From the NCBI GenBank assembly GCA_038231275.1, contig JBBRLQ010000001.1:640001-704000 (forward strand): a stretch of DNA of 64,000 nucleotides. The letters run 5' to 3'. This stretch comes from Polyangiales bacterium (GTDB taxonomy: Bacteria; Myxococcota_A; Polyangia; Polyangiales; Polyangiaceae). Of the stretch, positions 29,621-38,951 are shown in pieces. Below the pieces are notes generated by a model. That model did no database searches. It saw only the letters and a program-made list of their open reading frames with translations, and had not been told where the DNA came from. Position 1 is the first letter of the stretch, and every line of letters begins with the position of its first letter. The translations under genes were made by a program, and so were the position numbers.

Positions 29621-30238
29621 GTGGCCGATCCCTCCGTGACGCTCCTCGAGTCCGACGTCGATCCGCATCCGATGCGGCAGTTCAAGCTCTGGTGGGACGA
29701 CGCGCAGTCGCGCGGCTTTCCGGAGTCCGACGCCGTCACCCTCGCGACCGCCACCCGCGACGGCATCCCGTCGGCGCGCATGGTGCTGCTCAAGGGCCAC
29801 GACGAGCGCGGCCTCGTCTTCTACACGAACTACGGCAGCCAGAAGGCGCGCGAGCTCACCGGCAACCCGCGCGCGTGCATCGTCCTCTTCTGGGCGCAGC
29901 TCAAACGCCAGATCCGCGTCATCGGCACGGTGGCGAAGACCACGCGCGAGGAGAGCGAGGTGTACTTTCGCACGCGCGCGCGCGGAAGCCAGATCGGCGC
30001 ATGGGCGTCGCGCCAATCGGCCGTGATCGAGAGCCGCGCGGCGCTCGAGGAATCGGTCTCCGAGCTCGAGCGCGTCTACGAAGGGAAAGACGTCCCCATC
30101 CCGCCCGAGTGGGGCGGCTTCCGCCTGACGCCGACCAGCGTCGAGCTCTGGCAGGGCCGCGACAGCCGCCTCCACGATCGCCTCCGTTACACGCGCCGCG
30201 CCGACGCGACCTGGCGCATCGAGAGATTGTCGCCCTGA
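29621..30238 (+). CDS. pdxH: Pyridoxamine 5'-phosphate oxidase
   Basis: PSARMVLLK, FYTNYGSQK, SQIGAWASRQS and ELWQGRDSRLHDRLRY. Confidence 0.96.
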   Translation: MADPSVTLLESDVDPHPMRQFKLWWDDAQSRGFPESDAVTLATATRDGIPSARMVLLKGHDERGLVFYTNYGSQKARELTGNPRACIVLFWAQLKRQIRVIGTVAKTTREESEVYFRTRARGSQIGAWASRQSAVIESRAALEESVSELERVYEGKDVPIPPEWGGFRLTPTSVELWQGRDSRLHDRLRYTRRADATWRIERLSP

Positions 30239-30252
30239 AGTCACGGGATCGA

Positions 30253-30771
30253 GTGGACATCCAACTCGTTCCGCCCACGGGGAGGGTTCGAGAGAGCTTT
30301 CTGAGTGGGCTTCGTGAGTTCCGAGACGAAGGCCTCCCTTGGTGGGTCGGCGGCGACGTCGAGGCCGTCGAGGTGGATTTCGCGGCGTTCGTGGCGACGA
30401 AATTGGCCGACGCCACGCGGAGAACCGAAACGTTCGTTCCCGCGACCCACCTGTGGGCCCTGATGGACGAACGGTTCGTAGGGCGTATCTCCATCCGCCA
30501 CGAGCTGAACGACGCGCTTCGCGCCTTCGGTGGCCACATCGGGTACGACACCGTGCCGTCGTTTCGAGGCCGAGGCGTCGCGACGGAGATGTTGCGTCAG
30601 GCGCTGCCCGTGGCCCGCGGGCTCGGGCTGACGGAGGTGCTCGTTACCTGCGACGAGACGAACGCCGCCTCCATCCGCGTCATCGAAAAAAACGGCGGCA
30701 CGCTGCGCGAAACGAGGGACCTCGGCGCGAGCCAACCTCGAAAGCGTCACTACGCGTTCATCCTGCCCTAG
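30253..30771 (+). CDS. GNAT-family N-acetyltransferase
   Basis: VGRISIRHELN, GGHIGYDTVPSFRGRGVAT and NAASIRVIEKNGG; GTG start inferred. Confidence 0.88.
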   Translation: MDIQLVPPTGRVRESFLSGLREFRDEGLPWWVGGDVEAVEVDFAAFVATKLADATRRTETFVPATHLWALMDERFVGRISIRHELNDALRAFGGHIGYDTVPSFRGRGVATEMLRQALPVARGLGLTEVLVTCDETNAASIRVIEKNGGTLRETRDLGASQPRKRHYAFILP

Positions 30772-30857
30772 CGCCGATCGCCTCCGTGCCTTCTGGTGGC
30801 CGCGACCGGGCCCACGGGTGCATTTTGAAGACACCTGGTGGCGCGGCAAGGACTGGA

Positions 30858-30927
30858 CAAACTGTTCAGAGCAAGTCTCCCGCTGTACAGATTGTTCAGC
30901 GCGGCTTCGCGCGGGCAGATTGTACAA
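30858..30927. promoter_or_regulatory. Three imperfect 12-bp direct repeats (candidate enhancer-binding-protein sites)
   Basis: CAAACTGTTCAG at 30858, CAGATTGTTCAG at 30888 and CAGATTGTACAA at 30916. Confidence 0.5.
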
Positions 30928-30973
30928 CGCCTGGAAACGCGGGAAATCTGGGCGCAACGAAGCGATCTCGCCG

Positions 30974-30989
30974 CGGCACGGGCTCTGCA
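30974..30989 (+). promoter_or_regulatory. Sigma54-type -24/-12 promoter
   Basis: CGGCACG-GGCT-CTGCA with exact GG-N10-GC spacing, just upstream of ATG 31002. Confidence 0.6.
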
Positions 30990-31001
30990 AAGAGTCAGGT
31001 C

Positions 31002-31756
31002 ATGAACACCCGCTCCCTCGTGGTCGGCCTCGTCGGTGTCGTCGGCGCTCTCGTCGTGGGATGTGGGAGCAACGCGGGGGAATCCCAGTCGTCGTCGTCG
31101 GACGACTCGCTGACGAAGTGCACGGACTACCCGTGCGGCTCATCGTCGTCGTCGGGGGGCTCGTCGGGGACCCCCCCCCGGGCTCCTGCTACTCGGGCTC
31201 GTACCAGGGCGACACGCTGCAGACGTTGTCGTCGCAGGGGACGATGCCGGGGAGCGTCGGCGTGTGCGCGAGCGCGCTTCTCGCCGCCGGCTGCACGAAG
31301 ATCGGCGACCCGACGTCGACCCTCGCCGTGCCCTATTACATGGCGTCGGCGGGCACGGCGTTCCTGGCGATTCAGTGCCCGACTGGGACGATGGCCCGCC
31401 TCAACCGCGACAACAAGTGGGTCTACGGCGCGTACCCGAACTACGGCGGCTACGTCTGGTACAACGGCAACTGGGCGTTCTTGGAGTCGAACTACAACAC
31501 GCAGCTCGGCACTCTCTACGCCGTCGCTTCGGGCACCGGCGGCGCGATCCCGGTCTCCAAGACCAACGTCATCGCCTACAACGTCAGCACGAATTGGAAC
31601 GGTTGGGCGTACGCCGCGTCCTGCGCCTCGCACCCGGCGTGGGGCTCGACGAACCCCGGCGGGACGCTCTACTTGAACGACGCCCCGTGCCTCACCGCGA
31701 CCTCGGGGTGGGAAGCGGACGAGTTCGACCCGACGTGCGGCAGCAAGTGCGAGTGA
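31002..31756 (+). pseudogene. Cys/aromatic-rich lipoprotein frameshifted at a C9 homopolymer (31171-31179)
   Basis: Lipoprotein N-terminus MNTRSLVVGLVGVVGALVVGC is in one frame and the body PGSCYSGSYQG...DPTCGSKCE is in another; C10 or C7 would restore the frame. Confidence 0.75.
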
Positions 31757-31766
31757 AGCGTTCGAG

Positions 31767-34283
31767 CTAGGGACACGAGAAACGCCCGTTCAGCGTCTTT
31801 GTCGCCGCGACGTACACCAAGCCCGATTCGATGCTCTCCGGTCGTGCTCCGCCGCTGAGGCAAAGGATGACGTCGTCGATGGGCGCATCACCTGTCGTGA
31901 GGTCGAAGTCGAGCTCGCTCGTCGATCCGACGAGGTCGATCGTCTTGCCGTCCCTCAGCTCACCGTACCCCTCGAAGATGTGCGTCGGCCCGACTTCCAC
32001 GCGTCGGCCGGGTGGCAGCAGTCGCGGCAGGCTTCGCGCCAGCGCCAGGCCGGTGATCGGGCCTTCGCCGTGGGCATAGACCGCGTAGGCGAGGACGTAG
32101 AACGCGTCGTACGCAGTGTTCGGCGATACCGTTCGGCTCACGTGCGTCCCGAACATTTGGTTGAATCGCATCACGAACCGCGCATTCGCCTGGGTGTTCG
32201 ACGCCGTCGCGAGCCCGAAGATTCGTCGGCGTCGGTCGTCGTTGCTGCCTACGAACTTGAGCTCGTCCGCCGAGATAGCATCGGCGGTCACGTAGAAGGG
32301 GCGCGTCTGGCGCGGCCCGCGCCATCCGGCTTCGATGGATTCCAGAACCTCGAGGATGTCGACGCCCAAGTAAGTGACGACGTTCGGAGCAAAGTCGACG
32401 ATCGACCGAGTGAGATCGGGCGAGCCCCCAGCCCGCTCGGTGACGAACTCCTTGTAGAGAGGGCCATTGTCGAGCGCCGGCTTGCCGTTGAACGAGAGGG
32501 CCTGGAAGAACGCCTCCGAGAATGCCAACGCTCCGGAGGCATCGGCGCGCACGAGCGCAACGCGTAGGGGCTGTCGCACGCCGGTAGCGCGCAACTTTGG
32601 CTCGAGGACGCCAGGAATGAATGCCGCGATGGGCAGCGCCATCCGAGCGAGGTTGAACGTCGTGCGCCAAACGAGGCGTGGTTGATCGTTCGGATGCGGT
32701 AGGGTCGCGAGGAGGGGGCTTGTGTTCAAGGCGCTCATGGCGAGCACGCCGTTGCGCGCAAAGAGCGTCTCCGAGAGCTCGATCACTTCTTTGCCGGAGC
32801 GAAAGCCGATCACGGCGGGGGTGCCGATATCCTCGACCAGGTGTCGCGCCGCTCGCGCCGGCGCTTGGCTGTCGTCGCACGCGACGACGCCGAGAGGGCG
32901 CGGTCGCGCCGCGGTGAGAGTCTCGGTGCCCTCCGCGAAGTCTCTCCGCGCCAGATCTACGGCGCGATCGTTCCAGTCCCCATGGTTGTCCGGGTCCACG
33001 GTCAGCGGGAACATCGTCCCGATCCAGACCGTGTCGTCGCTCTTCAGCGCGCGCGCGTCGGCGAGGACCTTGCAATCTTCCGACGCCAGCTCGACGCATC
33101 GGTGCGACGGCGAGCAGATCCCCTGCTTCCCTCCGAGCTTGGCGGCGCAGTCCGCGAGCTTCGTGCACTCGCCGGGCGGCGCCGCGTCGATCACCGCCGC
33201 CGGCTTCGCCGTGCTCCGCGTGAGCGCGCGACCCCCCACGATCGCGGACGCGACCAGGACCGCCGCCGCCAGGAGCAGTAGACCGCGACGACGGGCGCGC
33301 GCCGGAGTCGGCGAACCTTCGGGGGTCGATCCGCTCGCCGGGGCCAGCGCCTCCGTCGCCGCAAGGGCGAGCGGTTGCGGCTTCGAGAGCACGCTCTCCA
33401 TCGCGGCGACGAGCTCGTCGGTCGACTCGAAGCGGTCGGTCCGTTTCTTCGCCATGGCGCGCCCCACCGCCGCGACGACGTTCGGCGGGACGTCTGGCGC
33501 GACGTCCGCGAGCGGGCGCGGGTGATCGCTCAGCACCTTGGACACGAGCTCGAGCGCGTCGATGTCGCGGCCCCACGGCGGCGTCCCGGAGAGCAGCTCG
33601 TACGCCATTACTCCCCACGCGAACTGATCGGCGCGCCCGTCGAGCGCCTCGTTCCGCATCTGCTCGGGCGCCATGTAGTGCGGCGTTCCGATCGCGATCC
33701 CCTTCGCGGTGATGCTCGGCAGCACCTGCGCCTCGGTCGACGACGTCGTGCTGATGCTCGAGCGCGCCGCGCGCTTGGCGAGGCCGAAATCGAGCACTTT
33801 GATGACGCCGTCGTCGCGAAGCATCACGTTCTCGGGCTTGATGTCGCGGTGCACGAGCCCGGCCTTGTGCGCCGCGCCGAGCGCGCGGGCCACGTCGACG
33901 AGCCACCGGATGCGCGTCTTCAGCGGAATAGTCACGTCGCCGACGTAGGCGCGGAGGTTCCGTCCTTTGACGAGCTCCATCGCGATGAACGGGACCTTCT
34001 CGCCGTCCTCGTCGACCTCACCGACCTCGTAGATCGTGACGACGTTGGCGTGCTCGAGCGCGGCGGCCGACTGCGCTTCGCGGAGCAGGCGCGCGGCTCC
34101 TTCGCTGCGCCGGTCGTCGCTGGCCGGTGAGCCCCGAGTCTGCTCGTCCTCGGGGTGCAAGACCTTGAGCGCGACCTGGCGGTTCAAGCGCGTGTCGCGC
34201 GCCAGATAGACCTGCCCCATCCCGCCCTCTCCCAATGGAGAGACGATGACGAAGCTCTGGACCTGGTCCCCAGCCTTCAGCAC
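31767..34283 (-). CDS. Receptor Ser/Thr kinase with extracellular type-1 periplasmic-binding-protein domain
   Basis: LGEGGMGQVY, VALK, HRDIKPEN, DFG and APE; TM helix; WIGTMFPLT...ACDD...AVIG...AYDAFY pattern. Confidence 0.9.
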   Translation of the reverse strand: MLKAGDQVQSFVIVSPLGEGGMGQVYLARDTRLNRQVALKVLHPEDEQTRGSPASDDRRSEGAARLLREAQSAAALEHANVVTIYEVGEVDEDGEKVPFIAMELVKGRNLRAYVGDVTIPLKTRIRWLVDVARALGAAHKAGLVHRDIKPENVMLRDDGVIKVLDFGLAKRAARSSISTTSSTEAQVLPSITAKGIAIGTPHYMAPEQMRNEALDGRADQFAWGVMAYELLSGTPPWGRDIDALELVSKVLSDHPRPLADVAPDVPPNVVAAVGRAMAKKRTDRFESTDELVAAMESVLSKPQPLALAATEALAPASGSTPEGSPTPARARRRGLLLLAAAVLVASAIVGGRALTRSTAKPAAVIDAAPPGECTKLADCAAKLGGKQGICSPSHRCVELASEDCKVLADARALKSDDTVWIGTMFPLTVDPDNHGDWNDRAVDLARRDFAEGTETLTAARPRPLGVVACDDSQAPARAARHLVEDIGTPAVIGFRSGKEVIELSETLFARNGVLAMSALNTSPLLATLPHPNDQPRLVWRTTFNLARMALPIAAFIPGVLEPKLRATGVRQPLRVALVRADASGALAFSEAFFQALSFNGKPALDNGPLYKEFVTERAGGSPDLTRSIVDFAPNVVTYLGVDILEVLESIEAGWRGPRQTRPFYVTADAISADELKFVGSNDDRRRRIFGLATASNTQANARFVMRFNQMFGTHVSRTVSPNTAYDAFYVLAYAVYAHGEGPITGLALARSLPRLLPPGRRVEVGPTHIFEGYGELRDGKTIDLVGSTSELDFDLTTGDAPIDDVILCLSGGARPESIESGLVYVAATKTLNGRFSCP

Positions 34284-34331
34284 GACGAAGGAGCATACCC
34301 CGCCGCGAATGTCTTCTCGGCGGGGCGGTAC

Positions 34332-34362
34332 TTGACAGTAATTACTGTCACAGTTATAACTG
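34332..34362 (+). promoter_or_regulatory. Sigma70 promoter overlapped by two tandem palindromic operators
   Basis: TTGACA (34332) - 17 bp - TATAAC (34355); perfect palindromes TGACAGTAATTACTGTCA (34333-34350) and CAGTTATAACTG (34351-34362). Confidence 0.8.
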
Positions 34363-34420
34363 AATCACCATACAGGGTCGCGCTGCAAGCACGCGCGCCC
34401 CCCACCGGAGGTGTTTTCTC

Positions 34421-35557
34421 ATGCACACCGATGCACTCGTCCGCCCCGTCGCGGCCGCCGAAGATCGACTCCACGCGTTTGGCGCCGAGATCGACGCCCT
34501 CAAAGAACGAACCTTCGCCAAGCTCGGCGACGAGGACGTCCGCTACGTCCGACGCCTGAACGTCTTCTCGCGGACGATGGAGATCGTTGGCCGCGTCCTC
34601 ATTCATTTCAGCCCCGAGCCCATCTCGTTCGCCCTCGGCGTCGGCGCCTTGTGGCTCCACAAGCAGCTTCAAGCCACCGAGATCGGCCACTCCGCGCTCC
34701 ACGGCGCGTACGACCGGTTGCCCGGCGCCGAGGGCTTCGCGAGCAAGACGTACCGCTGGGACATCCCCATCGACGAAGAGTCCTGGCGCTACGGCCACAA
34801 CATCCGCCACCACGGCAACACGAACGTCGCTGGCCGCGACGCCGACATCCACTTCGGCCCCGTGCGTCTCACCGAGCAGACGCCGTGGGCGCCGCGCCAC
34901 CGCTGGCAGCTGCCGTTCACGCTCCTCTTCCTCGTCCCCAACTTCACGCTCCTCATGAACGCGCACTTCACCGGCGTGAGCGACGCGATCTACGGCATCG
35001 GCCGCGAAGAGCGCCTCGACTTTCTCCCCGACACGTCCAAGGAGAGCCGCCGCAAGGCCTGGTGGAAAGCGCTCCGCAAATACGTGCCGTACTACGCGAA
35101 GAACTACGTCTTCTTTCCGCTCCTCGCCGGCCCCTTCTTCTGGAAGGTGCTCCTCGGCAACTGGCTCGCCGAGACGATGCGTGACGTCTACTCCGCGGCG
35201 ACGATCTACTGCGGCCACGTCGGCGAGGACGTGAAGAGCTACCCGCTGGGCACCAAGGCCAAGAGCCGCGGCCACTGGTACGCGATGCAGATCGAGGCGA
35301 CCAACGACTTCGAGGTCAGCTTCCCGATATCGGTCCTGTGCGGCGGCCTCGATCGGCAGATCGAGCATCACCTCTTTCCCACGCTCCCGCCGCAGCGCCT
35401 TCGCGAGATCGCGCCGGAGGTCCGCGAGATCTGCGCGCGCCACGGCGTCGAGTACCGAACGGACACGTGGGGACGGACCTTGCGGAAGGCGTTGGCGTGG
35501 GTCGCCGAGCTCTCACGCGCAGGAGGGTCGCGCGCCGTGATTCGTGCGATGGCCTGA
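34421..35557 (+). CDS. Membrane fatty acid (acyl-CoA) desaturase, DesA3/DesB-like
   Basis: His boxes GHSALHG, HNIRHH and [16 protein letters not shown]. Confidence 0.92.
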   Translation: MHTDALVRPVAAAEDRLHAFGAEIDALKERTFAKLGDEDVRYVRRLNVFSRTMEIVGRVLIHFSPEPISFALGVGALWLHKQLQATEIGHSALHGAYDRLPGAEGFASKTYRWDIPIDEESWRYGHNIRHHGNTNVAGRDADIHFGPVRLTEQTPWAPRHRWQLPFTLLFLVPNFTLLMNAHFTGVSDAIYGIGREERLDFLPDTSKESRRKAWWKALRKYVPYYAKNYVFFPLLAGPFFWKVLLGNWLAETMRDVYSAATIYCGHVGEDVKSYPLGTKAKSRGHWYAMQIEATNDFEVSFPISVLCGGLDRQIEHHLFPTLPPQRLREIAPEVREICARHGVEYRTDTWGRTLRKALAWVAELSRAGGSRAVIRAMA

Positions 35558-35561
35558 CACC

Positions 35562-36347
35562 ATGACCCTCGCTTTTGCTACAAACGAGGCGGACGTCACG
35601 ATGCCCGAAGGCGCCGCCACCTACACGATCGACGAGCTCGCCGTGCAGGCGCAGGTGCCGAGCCGCACCATCCGCTTCTACCAGTCGAAGGGCGCGCTCA
35701 TGGCGCCGGAGATCCGCGGGCGCGTGGCGTTCTACGGCCCCGCGCACGTCGAGCGCCTAAAGCTCATCGCGCAGCTCCAAGACCGCGGGCTCCGCATCGA
35801 CGCGATCCGCGATGTGATGGGGAGCATCGACAAGGGCGAGCTCGATCTCGCGGAGTGGCTCGGCGTCGAGCAGCAGGTGCAGGCGCCGTGGGCCAACGAT
35901 CAACCGCGCACCGTGACCGAGGCGGAGCTTTATGAGCTCGTGGGCTCGAAGCGCCCTGGTCTCCTCGCCGATCTCACGCGCACCAAGCTCGCGGAGCGTC
36001 ACGGTGACGTGTACCTCGTGCGGAGCCCCGCGCTCCTCGTCGCTGCCATGAAGCTCGAGGCGGCGGGCCTGGATTTCTCGGCGTCGAGCGCCGCCGCAGA
36101 GATTCTGCGCAAGCACATGAAGCGGATGACGACCGACTTGCTCGACTTCTTCGTCAAACACGTCTCGGATGGGCACGTGGCGACCGACGACTACGCGGCG
36201 CTCTTCCAGGCGCTGCGCCCGACGGCCATGGATTCGATCCGCGTCGTCTTCGGGCGCGAAATGGAGCGCGGTCTCCGCAAGCTCGTCGAGTCGGGCACTT
36301 TGGCCCAGCTCCCGGCGCGCGCCCGCAAGGCGAAGAAGAAGCGGTGA
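35562..36347 (+). CDS. MerR-family transcriptional regulator
   Basis: YTIDELA...SRTIRFYQSKG...YGPAHVERLKLIAQLQDRG. Confidence 0.9.
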   Translation: MTLAFATNEADVTMPEGAATYTIDELAVQAQVPSRTIRFYQSKGALMAPEIRGRVAFYGPAHVERLKLIAQLQDRGLRIDAIRDVMGSIDKGELDLAEWLGVEQQVQAPWANDQPRTVTEAELYELVGSKRPGLLADLTRTKLAERHGDVYLVRSPALLVAAMKLEAAGLDFSASSAAAEILRKHMKRMTTDLLDFFVKHVSDGHVATDDYAALFQALRPTAMDSIRVVFGREMERGLRKLVESGTLAQLPARARKAKKKR

Positions 36348-36656
36348 TTACCGATACGCGCCGGGCGCGTGGGGGTGCGCCAACGCGCGGTGCCGCTTCG
36401 CGCAGTCCTTGCGGTGAAGCACCGCATCGCACTTCTTGCAGACGCGGCCCTCCGTCTCGAGCGTGATCTTCAGGTTGCAGTCGGCGCACAGCTTTCCGGT
36501 CAGCTGCGCGCCCGCGCTGCCTTGCCACCGAGGATCCGACGGGTCAGGGGCCGTCAGAGCGGCGCGCTCTTGCTCGCGACTCTTCAGCCGGATGAGCATG
36601 AACGCAACGCGGATGGCGACGACGATGAAGAACCCGGCGAGGTAGAGCCCCGACAC
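36348..36656 (-). CDS. Small membrane-anchored protein with a Cys/His zinc-finger-like tail
   Basis: N-terminal TM; CADC...CKKC...HRKDC...H. Confidence 0.7.
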   Translation of the reverse strand: MSGLYLAGFFIVVAIRVAFMLIRLKSREQERAALTAPDPSDPRWQGSAGAQLTGKLCADCNLKITLETEGRVCKKCDAVLHRKDCAKRHRALAHPHAPGAYR

Positions 36657-36662
36657 CTGCCG

Positions 36663-37646
36663 CTACTCGTCGGCGGGATTCGACAGCTTGCGCGACCAGA
36701 TCGTCGCGTCTTTGCGCTCGCCGCCGATGGCCATGTGGTTCTGAAGAAGTCCGGTGCGCCGGAAGCCGTTGAAGACGTACGCGGTCGCGAGGGCCACGTC
36801 GTCGCTCGGGGCGAGCGAGAAGCAGCTGACCACGCCCTCGTCGATCAGTCGATCGCACATCGCGCGCAGCGACGACACGGTCGCGAGGCGCTCGGCCTCC
36901 GTCTTCGGCCCGGTCAAGAGCTCGAGGAACGCGTTGCCGAAGCACGCCTGCGACTCGACCGACGCGACGAGCTCGAACCCGCCGCGGCTCGTGATCGAGA
37001 AATAACGGCGCTGCACGTCCCGCCCGAACGGCTCGAACGCGGTCAGCGCACGCCCGGCCCGGAGCGCGGTCGCGAGCGGCTTCTTCACGTCGTTCTCGCG
37101 GAGGGGGACGACCTTCGCGATCGGGAGCGACTTGTCGGCGAGCTCCTTCGCGAGCTTCTTTGCGTGAACGACCGTCTTTTCGGCGAAGTGGTGCGCCGCC
37201 GACGTGGCGGGAACCTCGAACCGCTCCTCTTCTACGTCCGCGATCTGCTGCACCGGCCGACCGAGCGCGATCCGCATCTCGCTCTGGATGGGGATGTGGT
37301 GCGGCGCGCCGTGGACCGAGCAGCCGAGGAGAAATGCGTCGCTCCGCTTGTAGAAGCCGGGGATGTTCCCCTCTTTGGCAAAGCCGAGCTTCACCCAGGT
37401 GGAGACCTCGTCGCGCTCGACCAAGGTGTAGACCTTTTCCACACCTTCACGCTGAGCCAACGACAGTACGAACATCCGTTTGGATGGGGTCGGCCCCGCG
37501 CGGAAGTCGATCACGCGCATGATCTTGGCGCGGCGATGGATGAGGAGGCAGAGCGATACCTGGTCGTTTTGAAAGAAGATCTCGTCGACCGGCTTCTGGG
37601 TCTGCTGTGACTTCTGCTGAGCTGTGCTCCAAGCTTTCGCGGCCAT
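36663..37646 (-). CDS. Tandem GNAT-fold protein resembling beta-lysine N-acetyltransferase (AblB/YodP)
   Basis: MRVIDFR, EKVYTLV..GFAKEGNIPGFYKRSDAF and GVVSCFSLA..GFRRTGLLQNH..DATIWSRKL match the AblB pattern as I recall it. Confidence 0.55.
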   Translation of the reverse strand: MAAKAWSTAQQKSQQTQKPVDEIFFQNDQVSLCLLIHRRAKIMRVIDFRAGPTPSKRMFVLSLAQREGVEKVYTLVERDEVSTWVKLGFAKEGNIPGFYKRSDAFLLGCSVHGAPHHIPIQSEMRIALGRPVQQIADVEEERFEVPATSAAHHFAEKTVVHAKKLAKELADKSLPIAKVVPLRENDVKKPLATALRAGRALTAFEPFGRDVQRRYFSITSRGGFELVASVESQACFGNAFLELLTGPKTEAERLATVSSLRAMCDRLIDEGVVSCFSLAPSDDVALATAYVFNGFRRTGLLQNHMAIGGERKDATIWSRKLSNPADE

Positions 37647-37951
37647 TCAAATCACCCTTCTTCGACTGCAAAGGCGATAGGCGGCGCCCGTTTGATGAGC
37701 ACTCACACCCACAACTACGCCTATTCAACCCCCGACCCGATTCCCCAGGGGTCGAAGGGAATTCCCCCCGCCCCACCTTGCAACTGTGAAAGGCGTTAGC
37801 ACGGTGGGAAAACTGGGGTCAACGAAAATGGGCGTGCATCCGCGCCGTTACAATCTGGTGACCAACCAGGTGGACGAAGGGTGAGTCGGAAGCGTTTTGT
37901 TTCGTTGAAGGAACCGGCGCGCACGATCACTCGCGCGATCAAACGTCGATC

Positions 37952-38899
37952 TCAAACGCGGATCTTTGCCGCGTCGCCGGATGTGATGCCGAGGACCGTC
38001 GCGATGTCCTTCATCCGCTCCTTCGGCACCGACACGAGCGTCGGCATTCCTCCCGAGAGGCCGAGGAGCGCGAGGAAGCTGATGCCGCTGTCGAACTTCG
38101 CGGCCAGGCTCAGCGTGTCCATGTCGAGGACGAGGGCCATCGCGGCGCGCTCTTGGCCCGCGAGGAGGAGCGTCGTCTTGTCGTACGTGGCGTGCTCGGC
38201 GGTGGCGTCGACGAAGGCGAGCGTGTCGGCCCCGGGCGGCAAGAGCGGCGAGCGCTCTTTGGCGAGCGAGAACACCTGGTAGCGCTGCACGATCGCGCGC
38301 GTGGCGGCCTCGATCGCCTCGAGCTGCGCCGCGGCCACGTCGATCGGCTCCCAGAGGGACGCGTCGGCGAGGCCGGTGGAGAGGTGACGCACGACGAGGC
38401 CGAAGAGTGCGGTGTCGCGTGGCCGGGCGCGAAGGGCGCGATCGAGTCTGCGTCCGGTGGCGCTCGGGGTCCCGATGCGCGTGTCGATCGCGCGCGCGTC
38501 GTCGTCGGCGCCCGGGTACGGCTCGATCCCCTCGCGCAGCCATTTCGCCGCGCTGCACAGGCCGTCGAAGTCGGTGTGGCACACGACCGTGTCGACCGGA
38601 CCGATGCGCTGGACGAGCTCGGGCGTCACCATCTCGGGGCAGGCCCCGTGCTCGCGCTTCGTCCGGAGCACGAAGCGCGGATCCTTGTTGTACTCGGCGT
38701 GGAGCACGTGATCGTGATGGTCGATCCAGCCGACGAGGCGTGGCCCCAGCTTGTCGATGAAGGGCTTGGTGAGCTTCGCGAACCCGCCGCCGGACGCCTC
38801 GGACGCGAAGGCCACGTCGAGCACGACGACCCGCCCCTTCAGCTCCGCCGGCTTCGGGAGCTTGCGAGGCGAAGCAAACGCGAGCTCGGCGCGGATCAT
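37952..38899 (-). CDS. DHH-family phosphoesterase-like protein
   Basis: VVVLDVAF, WIDHHDH and CHTDFDG; start inferred at MIRAEL. Confidence 0.65.
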   Translation of the reverse strand: MIRAELAFASPRKLPKPAELKGRVVVLDVAFASEASGGGFAKLTKPFIDKLGPRLVGWIDHHDHVLHAEYNKDPRFVLRTKREHGACPEMVTPELVQRIGPVDTVVCHTDFDGLCSAAKWLREGIEPYPGADDDARAIDTRIGTPSATGRRLDRALRARPRDTALFGLVVRHLSTGLADASLWEPIDVAAAQLEAIEAATRAIVQRYQVFSLAKERSPLLPPGADTLAFVDATAEHATYDKTTLLLAGQERAAMALVLDMDTLSLAAKFDSGISFLALLGLSGGMPTLVSVPKERMKDIATVLGITSGDAAKIRV

Positions 38900-38951
38900 C
38901 GTCAACGTGGCTACCATTTCCCGTAGGATTTTCGCAGGGTATCTTCGGAGG

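Noticed and set aside
28369-30771. 800-aa ORF suggesting a large GNAT fusion
   Set aside because: Only the last ~172 codons look like a real protein; the rest overlaps mutM and pdxH in another frame.
37647-37951. tRNA or known riboswitch in the long intergenic region
   Set aside because: No cloverleaf, T-loop or recognisable riboswitch consensus by eye; an Infernal search would be needed.
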